Positions 25,802 to 34,026 of a stretch of DNA of 64,000 nt are shown here, piece after piece. The notes beneath the pieces are model-generated. The model did no database searches. It saw nothing but the letters and a program-made list of their open reading frames with translations, and was not told the DNA's origin. Source of the stretch: an uncultured Eubacteriales bacterium. Lineage in GTDB: Bacteria > Acidobacteriota > Aminicenantia > Aminicenantales > UBA8522. Location: NCBI GenBank assembly GCA_964445305.1, contig CAYUKK010000020.1, forward strand, positions 6,352 to 70,351, given 5' to 3'. The position numbers and the translations under genes are program-made. Every line of letters starts with the position of its first letter. Position 1 is the stretch's first letter.

Positions 25802-28171
25802 ATGCTGAAAAAAACAGCCCTTGGCTCGCCAGAGCAACAAAACCGGTTCCCTCTCGGCGGGGCCCCCCGCCGGCCCGAGCGTTTGAGGCTAATGTTCTAC
25901 CTCCTTGATAATCAACAAGATAGTCGGCGAGGGGGCGCCGGGGGTGAACCGCGACAGGACCCGTCGGGTGATTCTATCGGCAATCCTGGGTTCAGGCCAG
26001 CACGGAGGCCGCTCAAAGTCGGAGGGAAGATCTATCGATACGCCGCACCCTTGAAAATTTGCTACTTCCTTTGCTTGGGCGCCCTGACCATCTTGTGTTT
26101 GCCTGTCGAAGCTTACATCGGCCCTGGGGCTGGTTTCGCCTTCCTCTCTTCCTTCCTCGTTTTCTTTCTCACCTTTTTTCTGGCCTTGTTTTCTTTCCTT
26201 TCCTGGCCAATTCGATTCTTTTTCCGTCTGCTCAAGGGAAAAAGAGCTTATCGGAAAGCTCAAGTCGGTCGAATTGTCATCATCGGGCTTGACGGTTTGG
26301 AACCCAAGCTGGTGGAAAAATACATGGCGGAAGGCAAATTGCCGCACCTGGCCAAGCTCCGTAAAGTCGGAAGCTACACAAGACTCCGAACCACGACGCC
26401 GGCCATTTCTCCAGTCGCCTGGTCTTCTTTCATGACCGGAACCGAGCCATCCAAGCACAACATTTTCGACTTTCTGCGTCGAGAACCCAAGACCTACCTG
26501 CCCGAACTCTCCTCAGCTCGCATCGGCCCACCCCGCCGCGTCTTATCCATAGGAAAATACAGACTGCCTCTGGCCAGGCCCGAAATCAGGAATTATCGAA
26601 AAAGCATTCCCTTTTGGAAAACTCTCGGCGAGGCTGGCATTTTCAGCACTGTGCTGCGGGTTCCCATCACCTTTCCGCCCGAAAAATTTGCTGGCCATCT
26701 CCTCGCCGGCATGTGCACACCCGACCTCAAAGGGAGCCAGGGGACGTTCGCTTTTTACACCACCAACAAGAGTAAAGTCCACCGAAAAGAGGGCGGCATA
26801 GTCATTCCCGTCGACGTTGTGGACGGTCGCATCCAGACCTACGTTTCTGGGCCTGAGAATTCGCTCTTGAAAAAACCAGAGGAAATCCGCCTTCCGCTGA
26901 TTATCCGCATCGACGCTGGCCGAGGCGAAGCGGTGCTCGCTGTTTCTGGTGAGCGGTTCAGGCTCAAGCCACGAGTTTTTTCTCCCTGGATCAGGCTCGT
27001 TTTCCGAGCCGGGCTGGGGATTAAAATCCGCGCCATTGCCAAGTTTTATGTTTCCTCGCTCGAGCCGGACTTCGAGATGTACGTTACCCCGCTCAACATC
27101 GACCCAGAAAAACCGGCTCTCCCCATTGCCCATCCTTTCCTCTATTCTGTCTACTTGAGCAAGCTCCTGGGAAGCTTCATCACGCTGGGAGAAGCCAACG
27201 ACACTTGGGCGTTGAATGAAGGAGTGTTGAAGGAAGACGCCTTCCTCGAACTCACCTACTCCAACCATGCCGAATGGGAAGCGATGCTTTTCAACGCCAT
27301 CGACAAGACGAGAAAAGGAGTGGTCGTTTGTGTCTTTGAAACAACGGACAGCATCCAGCACATGTTCTGGCGCTATCTTGATTCCCATCATCCTGCCCTG
27401 AAAACCACGACCCCGACGATGAACGCTCGCGTCATCGAGGAGCTTTACCAGCGCATGGACGACCTCGTGGGAAGAGTGAGCCAAAAAGCGGGTCCGCGGA
27501 GCTTGCTCTTGGTCATGTCCGACCATGGTTTCGCCTCCTTCCGCCGCGGCGTCAACCTGAATTCATGGCTTTACACTAACGGATACCTCTCTCTCAAGGA
27601 TGGGAAAGAAGAAAGCGAGGAATGGCACAAGGACGTCGATTGGGAAAGGACAAGAGCTTATGCCCTTGGTCTGGGCGGCCTCTACATCAACCAGAAGGGC
27701 CGGGAAGCCCAAGGCATCGTTTCACCTGGCCAGGAAACAGAGGTTCTTAAAGCAGAGCTCATCAAAAAGTTGCGCCTTCTCCGGGACGAGGAAAAAGGAG
27801 AAGTGGCTATCACGGAAGTTTACGATAGCGAGCGCCTTTATGCCGGCCCATACAAAGAGAATGCCCCCGACCTCATCATCGGTTACAATCAGGGTTACCG
27901 GGCGTCCTGGGATGGAGTGACGGGAAAAGTCTCCCGGCGTGTTTTTGAGGATAACCTCAAAGCCTGGAGTGGAGACCATTGCATCGACCCGACGCATGTC
28001 CCCGGCGTGCTCTTCTCCAGCTGGAAGCTGAGCGCCACATCACCCTCGATCATGGATATCGCCCCGACCGTGTTGAGCCTTTTTGGCCTGCCCATCCCTG
28101 CTCACATGGACGGCAAGCCCCTTTTCGAAAGAGGGTCGAGCTTTTCGAAGAAGAAAGGAAAAGAAAAATGA
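25802..28171 (+). CDS. NPP/alkaline-phosphatase-family protein (paralog 2) with an N-terminal membrane anchor; start codon uncertain
   Basis: Catalytic core VIIGLDGLEP...TTPAISPVAWSSFMTGTEPSKHNIF, distal motifs MSDHGF and WSGDHC, and N-terminal hydrophobic helices. The maximal ORF begins at 25802, but copy 3 of the conserved element sits at 25931-25990. The real start may therefore be downstream, for example TTG 26051 or the earlier ATG 25892. The stop overlaps the start of paralog 3. Confidence 0.6.
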   Translation: MLKKTALGSPEQQNRFPLGGAPRRPERLRLMFYLLDNQQDSRRGGAGGEPRQDPSGDSIGNPGFRPARRPLKVGGKIYRYAAPLKICYFLCLGALTILCLPVEAYIGPGAGFAFLSSFLVFFLTFFLALFSFLSWPIRFFFRLLKGKRAYRKAQVGRIVIIGLDGLEPKLVEKYMAEGKLPHLAKLRKVGSYTRLRTTTPAISPVAWSSFMTGTEPSKHNIFDFLRREPKTYLPELSSARIGPPRRVLSIGKYRLPLARPEIRNYRKSIPFWKTLGEAGIFSTVLRVPITFPPEKFAGHLLAGMCTPDLKGSQGTFAFYTTNKSKVHRKEGGIVIPVDVVDGRIQTYVSGPENSLLKKPEEIRLPLIIRIDAGRGEAVLAVSGERFRLKPRVFSPWIRLVFRAGLGIKIRAIAKFYVSSLEPDFEMYVTPLNIDPEKPALPIAHPFLYSVYLSKLLGSFITLGEANDTWALNEGVLKEDAFLELTYSNHAEWEAMLFNAIDKTRKGVVVCVFETTDSIQHMFWRYLDSHHPALKTTTPTMNARVIEELYQRMDDLVGRVSQKAGPRSLLLVMSDHGFASFRRGVNLNSWLYTNGYLSLKDGKEESEEWHKDVDWERTRAYALGLGGLYINQKGREAQGIVSPGQETEVLKAELIKKLRLLRDEEKGEVAITEVYDSERLYAGPYKENAPDLIIGYNQGYRASWDGVTGKVSRRVFEDNLKAWSGDHCIDPTHVPGVLFSSWKLSATSPSIMDIAPTVLSLFGLPIPAHMDGKPLFERGSSFSKKKGKEK
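25931..25990. repeat. Copy 3 of the conserved roughly 65-nt element
   Basis: gggggcgccgggggtgaaccgcgacaggacccgtcgggtgattctatcggcaatcctggg. Lies inside the 5' part of the maximal ORF of paralog 2. Confidence 0.6.
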
Positions 28172-30165
28172 ACCCGATAAAAAGAAGAGACTTCCTCAAG
28201 TGGGGGGTCGTCACTACCTCTTTTCTGGCCTGGGGCGGCAACCCACCGCTCATCTCCAAGACAGGAGGAAAAAGGGAGACAGGGACGAAAATCCTCGTCC
28301 TCGGGTTTGATGGCCTCGACCCCCGCCTTCTCGCGAGATGGATGGAGGAAGGAAGGCTCCCCGCATTCCAGCGTCTGGCCAATCAAGGCAGTTTCCAGCC
28401 CCTCCAGACCAGCATCCCGCCCCAGAGCCCTGTCGCCTGGGCAAATTTCATCACCGGCATGGACCCTGGTGGTCATGGCATTTTCGACTTCATGCACCGC
28501 GACCCAAGCTCCTACATTCCCATTTTCTCTGCCTCTTCGACCGAAGAAGCCAAATCGACGGTCAAGCTGGGAAACTTAGTCCTCCCTCTTGGTGGAGGAA
28601 AAGTAAGGAATCTCATCCGTGGCCCGGCCTTCTGGCAGTTACTTGAGGAAGACGATATCCCGGCCACAATCTTTAAGATGCCGTCCAACTATCCGCCCGT
28701 GCCGACCAAACAAAGGACTCTCTCCGGGATGGGAACACCGGACATCAAGGGCTATTATGGCCTTTTCAATTATTATACGACGCAGCCCATCGAGATCAAC
28801 GAAGACATCGGCGGCGGCCGTATCCACAGGGTTCAGGTCGTCAACAACACGGTCGAGGCCAGCCTGCCAGGCCCGACGAATACCTTCCGCCGAGACAGGC
28901 CTGAGTCCACTCTCAATTTCAAGGTGATTCTGGACCCTGTCCATCCCGTGGCCAAGATTACCTATCCAGGAGAAGAGTTTATCCTGCGGGAGAGAGAATG
29001 GAGCGGCTGGAAAAGAGTTCGTTTCCATCTTATCCCTACCCAGAGCGTCAGCGGCATCTGCATGTTTTACCTCAAGGAAATCAGGCCTCACTTCAAGCTC
29101 TACGTCTCAGCTATCCACATCGACCCAGCCGAACCTGCTCTCCCCATTTCGACTCCAGAGAGCTACGCCAAGGAACTCGAGAAAAAATTTGGCCCCTTCT
29201 TCACTAAGGGTTTACCCGCTGACACCAGTGCCCTCGACCACGATGTCCTCGACGAGGGAGAGTTCCTCGAGCAGGACAACATGGTTCTGGAAGAACGCAA
29301 GCGAATGTTCGAGTATGAATTCAATCGCTTTGATTCGGGGCTTCTCTTTTATTACGTCTCGAGCACGGACCAGCGACAGCACATGTTCTGGCGGCTTCTC
29401 GATGAGAGTCATCCGATGTACGACGCTCAGCTGGCCTCCAAATATGGCCGGACCATCGAGAATATCTATATCGAGGCCGACATGCTCCTCGACAGAGTCC
29501 TTCAGAGAATATCCCGCGACACCCTCCTTCTCGTCATGTCTGACCACGGGTTCAACCCCTTCCGCAGGGGTTTCAACCTTAACACTTGGCTCTTCGAAAA
29601 CGGCTATCACAGGCTGCGCAACCCCTGGCGCCGCGAGGAGAGCAGCCTCTTCGATAACACCGATTGGTCAAGAACGAAGGCTTATGGAGTGGGTCTCAAC
29701 GGTCTCTATCTTAACCTGCGAGGCCGGGAAAGGGAGGGTATCGTCAACCCCGGCGCGGAGAGTGACAACCTCCTCCATGAACTCGCCCGGCGGCTCGAGG
29801 AGGTCACCGACCCGAAGACCGGCCAGCGCGCCATCCTCCACGCTTACATCACCAAGGAAGTCTATCAAGGCAGGCATCTCGAGCATGCGCCAGATATAGT
29901 CCTCGGGTTCAACTACGGCTACCGGATTTCCTGGGGATCTCCGCTCGGCAGGTTCCCGCGCTCGGTCTTCGAGGACAACACAGAAAAATGGAGCGGCGAC
30001 CACATGAGCGCGCCGGATGTCATCCCCGGCATTCTCCTGACCAATCGCCCGGTTAAAGCCTCCCGACCCGCCCTCCATGACCTCACGGCGACCATCCTCA
30101 GCGTTTACGGCATTCCGAAGCCAAAGGAGATGATTGGCCGCTCCATCTTCGAAGAAGGAGGATAA
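28168..30165 (+). CDS. NPP/alkaline-phosphatase-family protein (paralog 3), Tat-secreted
   Basis: Start at the ATG overlapping the upstream stop (ATGA), with an AAAGGAAAAG ribosome-binding site. Twin-arginine signal MNPIKRRDFLKWGVV. Clear paralogy to paralog 2 (ILVLGFDGLDP..., MSDHGF, WSGDHM). 665 aa. Confidence 0.75.
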   Translation: MNPIKRRDFLKWGVVTTSFLAWGGNPPLISKTGGKRETGTKILVLGFDGLDPRLLARWMEEGRLPAFQRLANQGSFQPLQTSIPPQSPVAWANFITGMDPGGHGIFDFMHRDPSSYIPIFSASSTEEAKSTVKLGNLVLPLGGGKVRNLIRGPAFWQLLEEDDIPATIFKMPSNYPPVPTKQRTLSGMGTPDIKGYYGLFNYYTTQPIEINEDIGGGRIHRVQVVNNTVEASLPGPTNTFRRDRPESTLNFKVILDPVHPVAKITYPGEEFILREREWSGWKRVRFHLIPTQSVSGICMFYLKEIRPHFKLYVSAIHIDPAEPALPISTPESYAKELEKKFGPFFTKGLPADTSALDHDVLDEGEFLEQDNMVLEERKRMFEYEFNRFDSGLLFYYVSSTDQRQHMFWRLLDESHPMYDAQLASKYGRTIENIYIEADMLLDRVLQRISRDTLLLVMSDHGFNPFRRGFNLNTWLFENGYHRLRNPWRREESSLFDNTDWSRTKAYGVGLNGLYLNLRGREREGIVNPGAESDNLLHELARRLEEVTDPKTGQRAILHAYITKEVYQGRHLEHAPDIVLGFNYGYRISWGSPLGRFPRSVFEDNTEKWSGDHMSAPDVIPGILLTNRPVKASRPALHDLTATILSVYGIPKPKEMIGRSIFEEGG

Positions 30166-30167
30166 AT

Positions 30168-30358
30168 TGGGAAAATCCAAAGTCAAACTACCTAAGGACC
30201 TTCTGGAGAGGGTCAAGAAGTTAGCCCGCTTGGCGGGCTATTCCTCAGCCGAGGAGTTCATCGTCCATTGCCTGGAAAAGGAAATCGTCAAGCTCGAGGA
30301 AGCACAGTCAGAAGAAGAGGTTAAGAAAAAGCTCAAAGGGTTGGGCTATATTTCCTGA
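30168..30358 (+). CDS. Small ribbon-helix-helix-like protein (63 aa, TTG start) downstream of the NPP triplet
   Basis: TTG start 6 nt after a GGAGGA site. KVKLPKDLLERVKKLA is a typical RHH beta-strand plus helix. The ORF track offers an ATG at 30134, inside the preceding gene. Confidence 0.35.
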
Positions 30359-30382
30359 AACGGAGGTTAATCCTTAGCTCCA

Positions 30383-31210
30383 ATGGGGTTTCTTAATTCG
30401 ATTCTCGGCCGGGTCTTCAGCCTTCTCTTTCTGCCCTGGCGTTCTCTCAACCCCTGGCTGGCGATGATTTTTATTTCCTTTCTCACTGGCCTGTTCATGC
30501 TTTTTATCTTTCGCTGGACGTCGAACCAGGCGGGAATTCGCCAGGCCAAGAACACAATCAAAGCCCATCTTCTCGAGATTCGCCTCTACAAAGACAGCCT
30601 GCCCATCGCGCTTCAAGCCTACGGGAAAATCCTCCGCTCCAACCTAAAATATGTTGCTTTATCGGCCAAACCCATGCTCGTCATGCTCCTTCCTCTTCTC
30701 CTTGCCCTCACCCATCTCAACCTCTGGTTTGGCTATGAACCTCTGCGCGTTGGCGATGCGACCATCCTCAAAATTTTTTGGGATAAAAACGTCATCCCTT
30801 TGAACACCGAGGTCGAGCTCGAAACTCCGGATGGCCTTGCCGTAGAAACTTTGCCCCTTCGCCTCGAAGAAGCGAGGGAAACCAACTGGCGCATCCGAGC
30901 CGAAAAAGAAGGTTTTTACGTGCTGAAAATCAAGCCTGGAGGTGTGGCCTCCATTTCAACCGCTGTGGTTGTTGGAACTCGTTCTTTGGCCCCCATTTGC
31001 CCCCGGCGCTCCCAACGCTTCCTTGATAACCTTTTCTACCCCGGCCAAAAGCCCCTCCCCTCTTTCACATCCATCCAGTCGGTCGAAATCAAGTACCCCG
31101 CCCGACGAATGACCTTCTTCGGTCTGAAACTCCATTGGCTCATTCCCTATTTCTTTTTATCCCTCGTCTTCGGGTTTGCCCTAAAGCGTCCCTTAGGAGT
31201 GGAAATCTAA
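30383..31210 (+). CDS. Hypothetical membrane protein (N-terminal TM pair, central soluble region, C-terminal TM)
   Basis: 275-aa ORF with a GGAGG site upstream, hydrophobic helices at both ends, and coding-like composition. No recognisable family. Confidence 0.45.
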   Translation: MGFLNSILGRVFSLLFLPWRSLNPWLAMIFISFLTGLFMLFIFRWTSNQAGIRQAKNTIKAHLLEIRLYKDSLPIALQAYGKILRSNLKYVALSAKPMLVMLLPLLLALTHLNLWFGYEPLRVGDATILKIFWDKNVIPLNTEVELETPDGLAVETLPLRLEEARETNWRIRAEKEGFYVLKIKPGGVASISTAVVVGTRSLAPICPRRSQRFLDNLFYPGQKPLPSFTSIQSVEIKYPARRMTFFGLKLHWLIPYFFLSLVFGFALKRPLGVEI

Positions 31211-31255
31211 CCCGAAACGAGCTATCATCGAGACCGAAAAGGAAAGGAGAAGCAG

Positions 31256-32380
31256 ATGAAAATCGAACATTTCAAGATGGAGCGTATGCAGTCGACTTGG
31301 GAAAACGTCGTTGCCTACAACCTTTCCGAGAGCGGCGTCCACCCCTTAACTCTCAATGAGCTGGTCAGCGAAGAAGAGCTCAAAGAAATAGCTAACTCGG
31401 GCCTTGGCTACAGCCAGACTAACGGCACGCCAGAATTGCGCGAGCAAATTGCCCATCTTTATCCTGGCCTTTCCATCGAGGAGATTCTGGTTACGACGGG
31501 ATCCTCGGAGGCCAATTTTCTCCTCATGTGGAGCCTGGTCGAGAGAGGGGATGAAGTCGTCTTCATGATGCCCAACTACATGCAGATGTGGGGGCTTTTG
31601 CGCGGCTTCGGAGCTGTAGTCAAGCCGTTCTGGTTGCGAGAGAGCCTGGCCTGGGCACCCGACCTCGATGAGTTGAAGAAAGTGGTCAGCAAGAGAACCA
31701 AGCTCATCATCCTCACCAACCCCAACAACCCGACCGGCGCCGTCCTGAGTGAAGAGGCCATGGAATGCATCGTCGACCTGGCCGATGCGAGCGGAGCCTG
31801 GATTATCGCCGATGAAGTCTACCAAGGCGCGGAGCGAAGGGCCGACCCAACTCCAAGCTTTTTTGGAAAACACGAGCGCGTCGTTGTCGTCAACGGTCTT
31901 TCCAAAGCCTATGGCCTCCCCGGCGTCAGGATTGGCTGGATCGTCGGACCGATGGGTTTGATCCAGAAAATCTGGCCCTACCACGATTACACAACCATCT
32001 CCCCGAGCACCCTGAGCGACCGGTTAGCTCGCATCGCCTTGAGCCCTTCAACAAGAGAGAAAATCCTGGCTCGAACTCGACATATCCTTCAACAGAATTT
32101 CCCAATTCTCCAGGCCTGGCTTGAAAAACAACCCGGTCTTTTTGATTTCATCCCCCCGCAGGCAGGAGCCATTGCCTACGTCCGCTACCACCTGCCCATC
32201 GATTCCCTCGACTTCGTCACCAGGCTCATCCAGGAAAAGAGCGTCCTCCTCGTTCCGGGCGAACATTTCGAGATGGGCCGCTACCTCCGCTTCGGCTATG
32301 GGGCAGAATGCCACTATCTCCAGCAGGGGCTGGCCCGGGTCAAGGATTTCATCCAGGAATTTCAGGCGGGCAAGTGTTAG
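31256..32380 (+). CDS. PLP-dependent aminotransferase, class I/II fold
   Basis: PLP-lysine region VVVNGLSKAYGLPGVRIGWIVGP and the NPNNPTG motif. 374 aa. Confidence 0.75.
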   Translation: MKIEHFKMERMQSTWENVVAYNLSESGVHPLTLNELVSEEELKEIANSGLGYSQTNGTPELREQIAHLYPGLSIEEILVTTGSSEANFLLMWSLVERGDEVVFMMPNYMQMWGLLRGFGAVVKPFWLRESLAWAPDLDELKKVVSKRTKLIILTNPNNPTGAVLSEEAMECIVDLADASGAWIIADEVYQGAERRADPTPSFFGKHERVVVVNGLSKAYGLPGVRIGWIVGPMGLIQKIWPYHDYTTISPSTLSDRLARIALSPSTREKILARTRHILQQNFPILQAWLEKQPGLFDFIPPQAGAIAYVRYHLPIDSLDFVTRLIQEKSVLLVPGEHFEMGRYLRFGYGAECHYLQQGLARVKDFIQEFQAGKC

Positions 32381-32535
32381 CTCTTTCAAGACCATTTTCC
32401 TGGATATGACGAGATGAGGCCCCCAACGAGGTGCCACAGCACCCTTCCGGGGCATGTAATTCTCCCCGTAGCGTTGACTTTGTCGTCCCATGGCTTGGCT
32501 TAAATTCTAATACTTCGGGGAAACGGTCATTGAGC

Positions 32536-33822
32536 TTATGAGCGAGAATTCAGGGCGAAAGCAGATATGTCCAGGAAACCGTGGCCGGAGAGGTTAAAAA
32601 GGAGCACTTCCTCCCGACCCTGCTCCCTGGCCCTCAGGGCCTCATCAATGACAGCGGCAATAGCATGGGCCGATTCAGGGGCGGGCAAAATCCCCTCCGA
32701 CTTCAAAAAGAGCCGCGCGGCAGAGAAAACTTTCTCCTGGGAATAGGCCCTGGGTTCGATAATCCCCTTGTCGACAAGGTGGCTGACGAGAGGGGCCATG
32801 CCGTGGTAGCGAAGGCCCCCCGCATGGATCGAAGGCGGCACAAAATCCATGCCCAAAGTGTGCATGTAAAGAAGGGGCGTCAACCCTACGCTATCGCCGT
32901 GGTCGTAGCGGAGATTTCCTTTCGTCAAGGAGGGGCACGCCTCTGGCTCGACGGCGATGAAGCGAGTCTTCGTCCGGCCTGTCAATCTTTTGCCGATAAA
33001 GGGAAAAGAAAGGCCGGCAAAGTTGGACCCTCCACCGACACAGCCAACGACGATATCCGGCTCTAAGCCCGCCTCGGCCAGCTGTTTCTCAGCTTCCAGC
33101 CCGATGATGGTCTGGTGCATGAGAACAGCGTCAAGGACAGAACCCAGGGAATATTTAGCGCCGGGCTGGCGGACCGCCGTTTCGACTGCTTCTGAGATGG
33201 CAATGCCCAAGCTTCCGGGATGGTCGGGGTCCTGGGCGAAGAATTTTCTTCCCGCTTCCGTCAAGGCACTGGGGCTCTCCACGACGGAAGCCCCGAAGAG
33301 TTCCATCAAAATTCTCCGGCCAGGTTTCTGGCGATGGCTGATACGGACCATGAAAACCTTGACCGAGATACCGAAAGTGGAACCGGCATGGGCCAGGGCC
33401 GATCCCCACTGTCCAGCGCCCGTTTCCGTGGTTAGAGTTTCGACTCCATCCTGGGCAGCAAGGTAGGCTTGCATGAGGGCCGTGTTGCTCTTATGGCTTC
33501 CCGTCGGGCCTACTCCCTCGTACTTGTAAAAAATCCGGGCTGGAGTTGATAGCGCTTCTCGTAGCGCGCTGGCATAGACAAGGGGAGTTGGCCGATAAAC
33601 CGAGAATGCCTTCCGAACCTCGCCAGGAATGGGAATTTCCCTGGCCGAGGAAATCTCCTGGGCGATGAACCCCCGCGGAAAAATGATTTCGAGCTCTTCT
33701 GGTCGAAGCGGCTCTTTAGTCTGCGGGTTGAGCGGGGGTTTCGGCAAGTCATCCAAGTCTGCCTTGATGTTATAGAAAGCCTGGGGCAAGATATCGCTTT
33801 CTCTTGAAGAGAATCTTTCCAT
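32536..33822 (-). CDS. TrpB2-type tryptophan synthase beta-like PLP enzyme
   Basis: PLP-lysine motif VGPTGSHKSNTAL, a glycine-rich PLP phosphate loop (GCVGGGSNFAG), and the long N-terminal extension typical of TrpB2 (COG1350). 428 aa. Confidence 0.7.
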   Translation of the reverse strand: MERFSSRESDILPQAFYNIKADLDDLPKPPLNPQTKEPLRPEELEIIFPRGFIAQEISSAREIPIPGEVRKAFSVYRPTPLVYASALREALSTPARIFYKYEGVGPTGSHKSNTALMQAYLAAQDGVETLTTETGAGQWGSALAHAGSTFGISVKVFMVRISHRQKPGRRILMELFGASVVESPSALTEAGRKFFAQDPDHPGSLGIAISEAVETAVRQPGAKYSLGSVLDAVLMHQTIIGLEAEKQLAEAGLEPDIVVGCVGGGSNFAGLSFPFIGKRLTGRTKTRFIAVEPEACPSLTKGNLRYDHGDSVGLTPLLYMHTLGMDFVPPSIHAGGLRYHGMAPLVSHLVDKGIIEPRAYSQEKVFSAARLFLKSEGILPAPESAHAIAAVIDEALRAREQGREEVLLFNLSGHGFLDISAFALNSRS

Positions 33823-33899
33823 CTTTAACCTCCTTTTGGAGCGTAGAAAAAAATCCCTTTGGATTCATTGGAATAAAAATGAAGATGAGGTGGATTACT

Positions 33900-33917
33900 G
33901 GGCGGTGGAACCCGCCC
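33900..33917 (-). terminator. GC hairpin (gggcgg-tggaac-ccgccc) downstream of the large outer-membrane gene; weak terminator candidate
   Basis: Perfect 6-bp GC stem with a 6-nt loop. On the minus strand the U-rich run (cauuuuuauucc) is about 20 nt away, not adjacent, so not a classic intrinsic terminator. Confidence 0.2.
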
Positions 33918-34026
33918 ACCAGAAAAGGAGGGAGATGCAAAGAACTTTCGGGAAAACGAGCGTCTTTTCCGGGCGCAGCATGGTCCTTATTTTATAAAAT
34001 CACAGGCCGTTGTCAAGAGCCCATTT

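Noticed and set aside
30134-30358. ATG-initiated 74-aa version of the RHH-like ORF
   Set aside because: That start lies inside the preceding NPP gene. A TTG at 30168 with a well-placed GGAGGA site is more plausible, and it is reported as a low-confidence feature instead.
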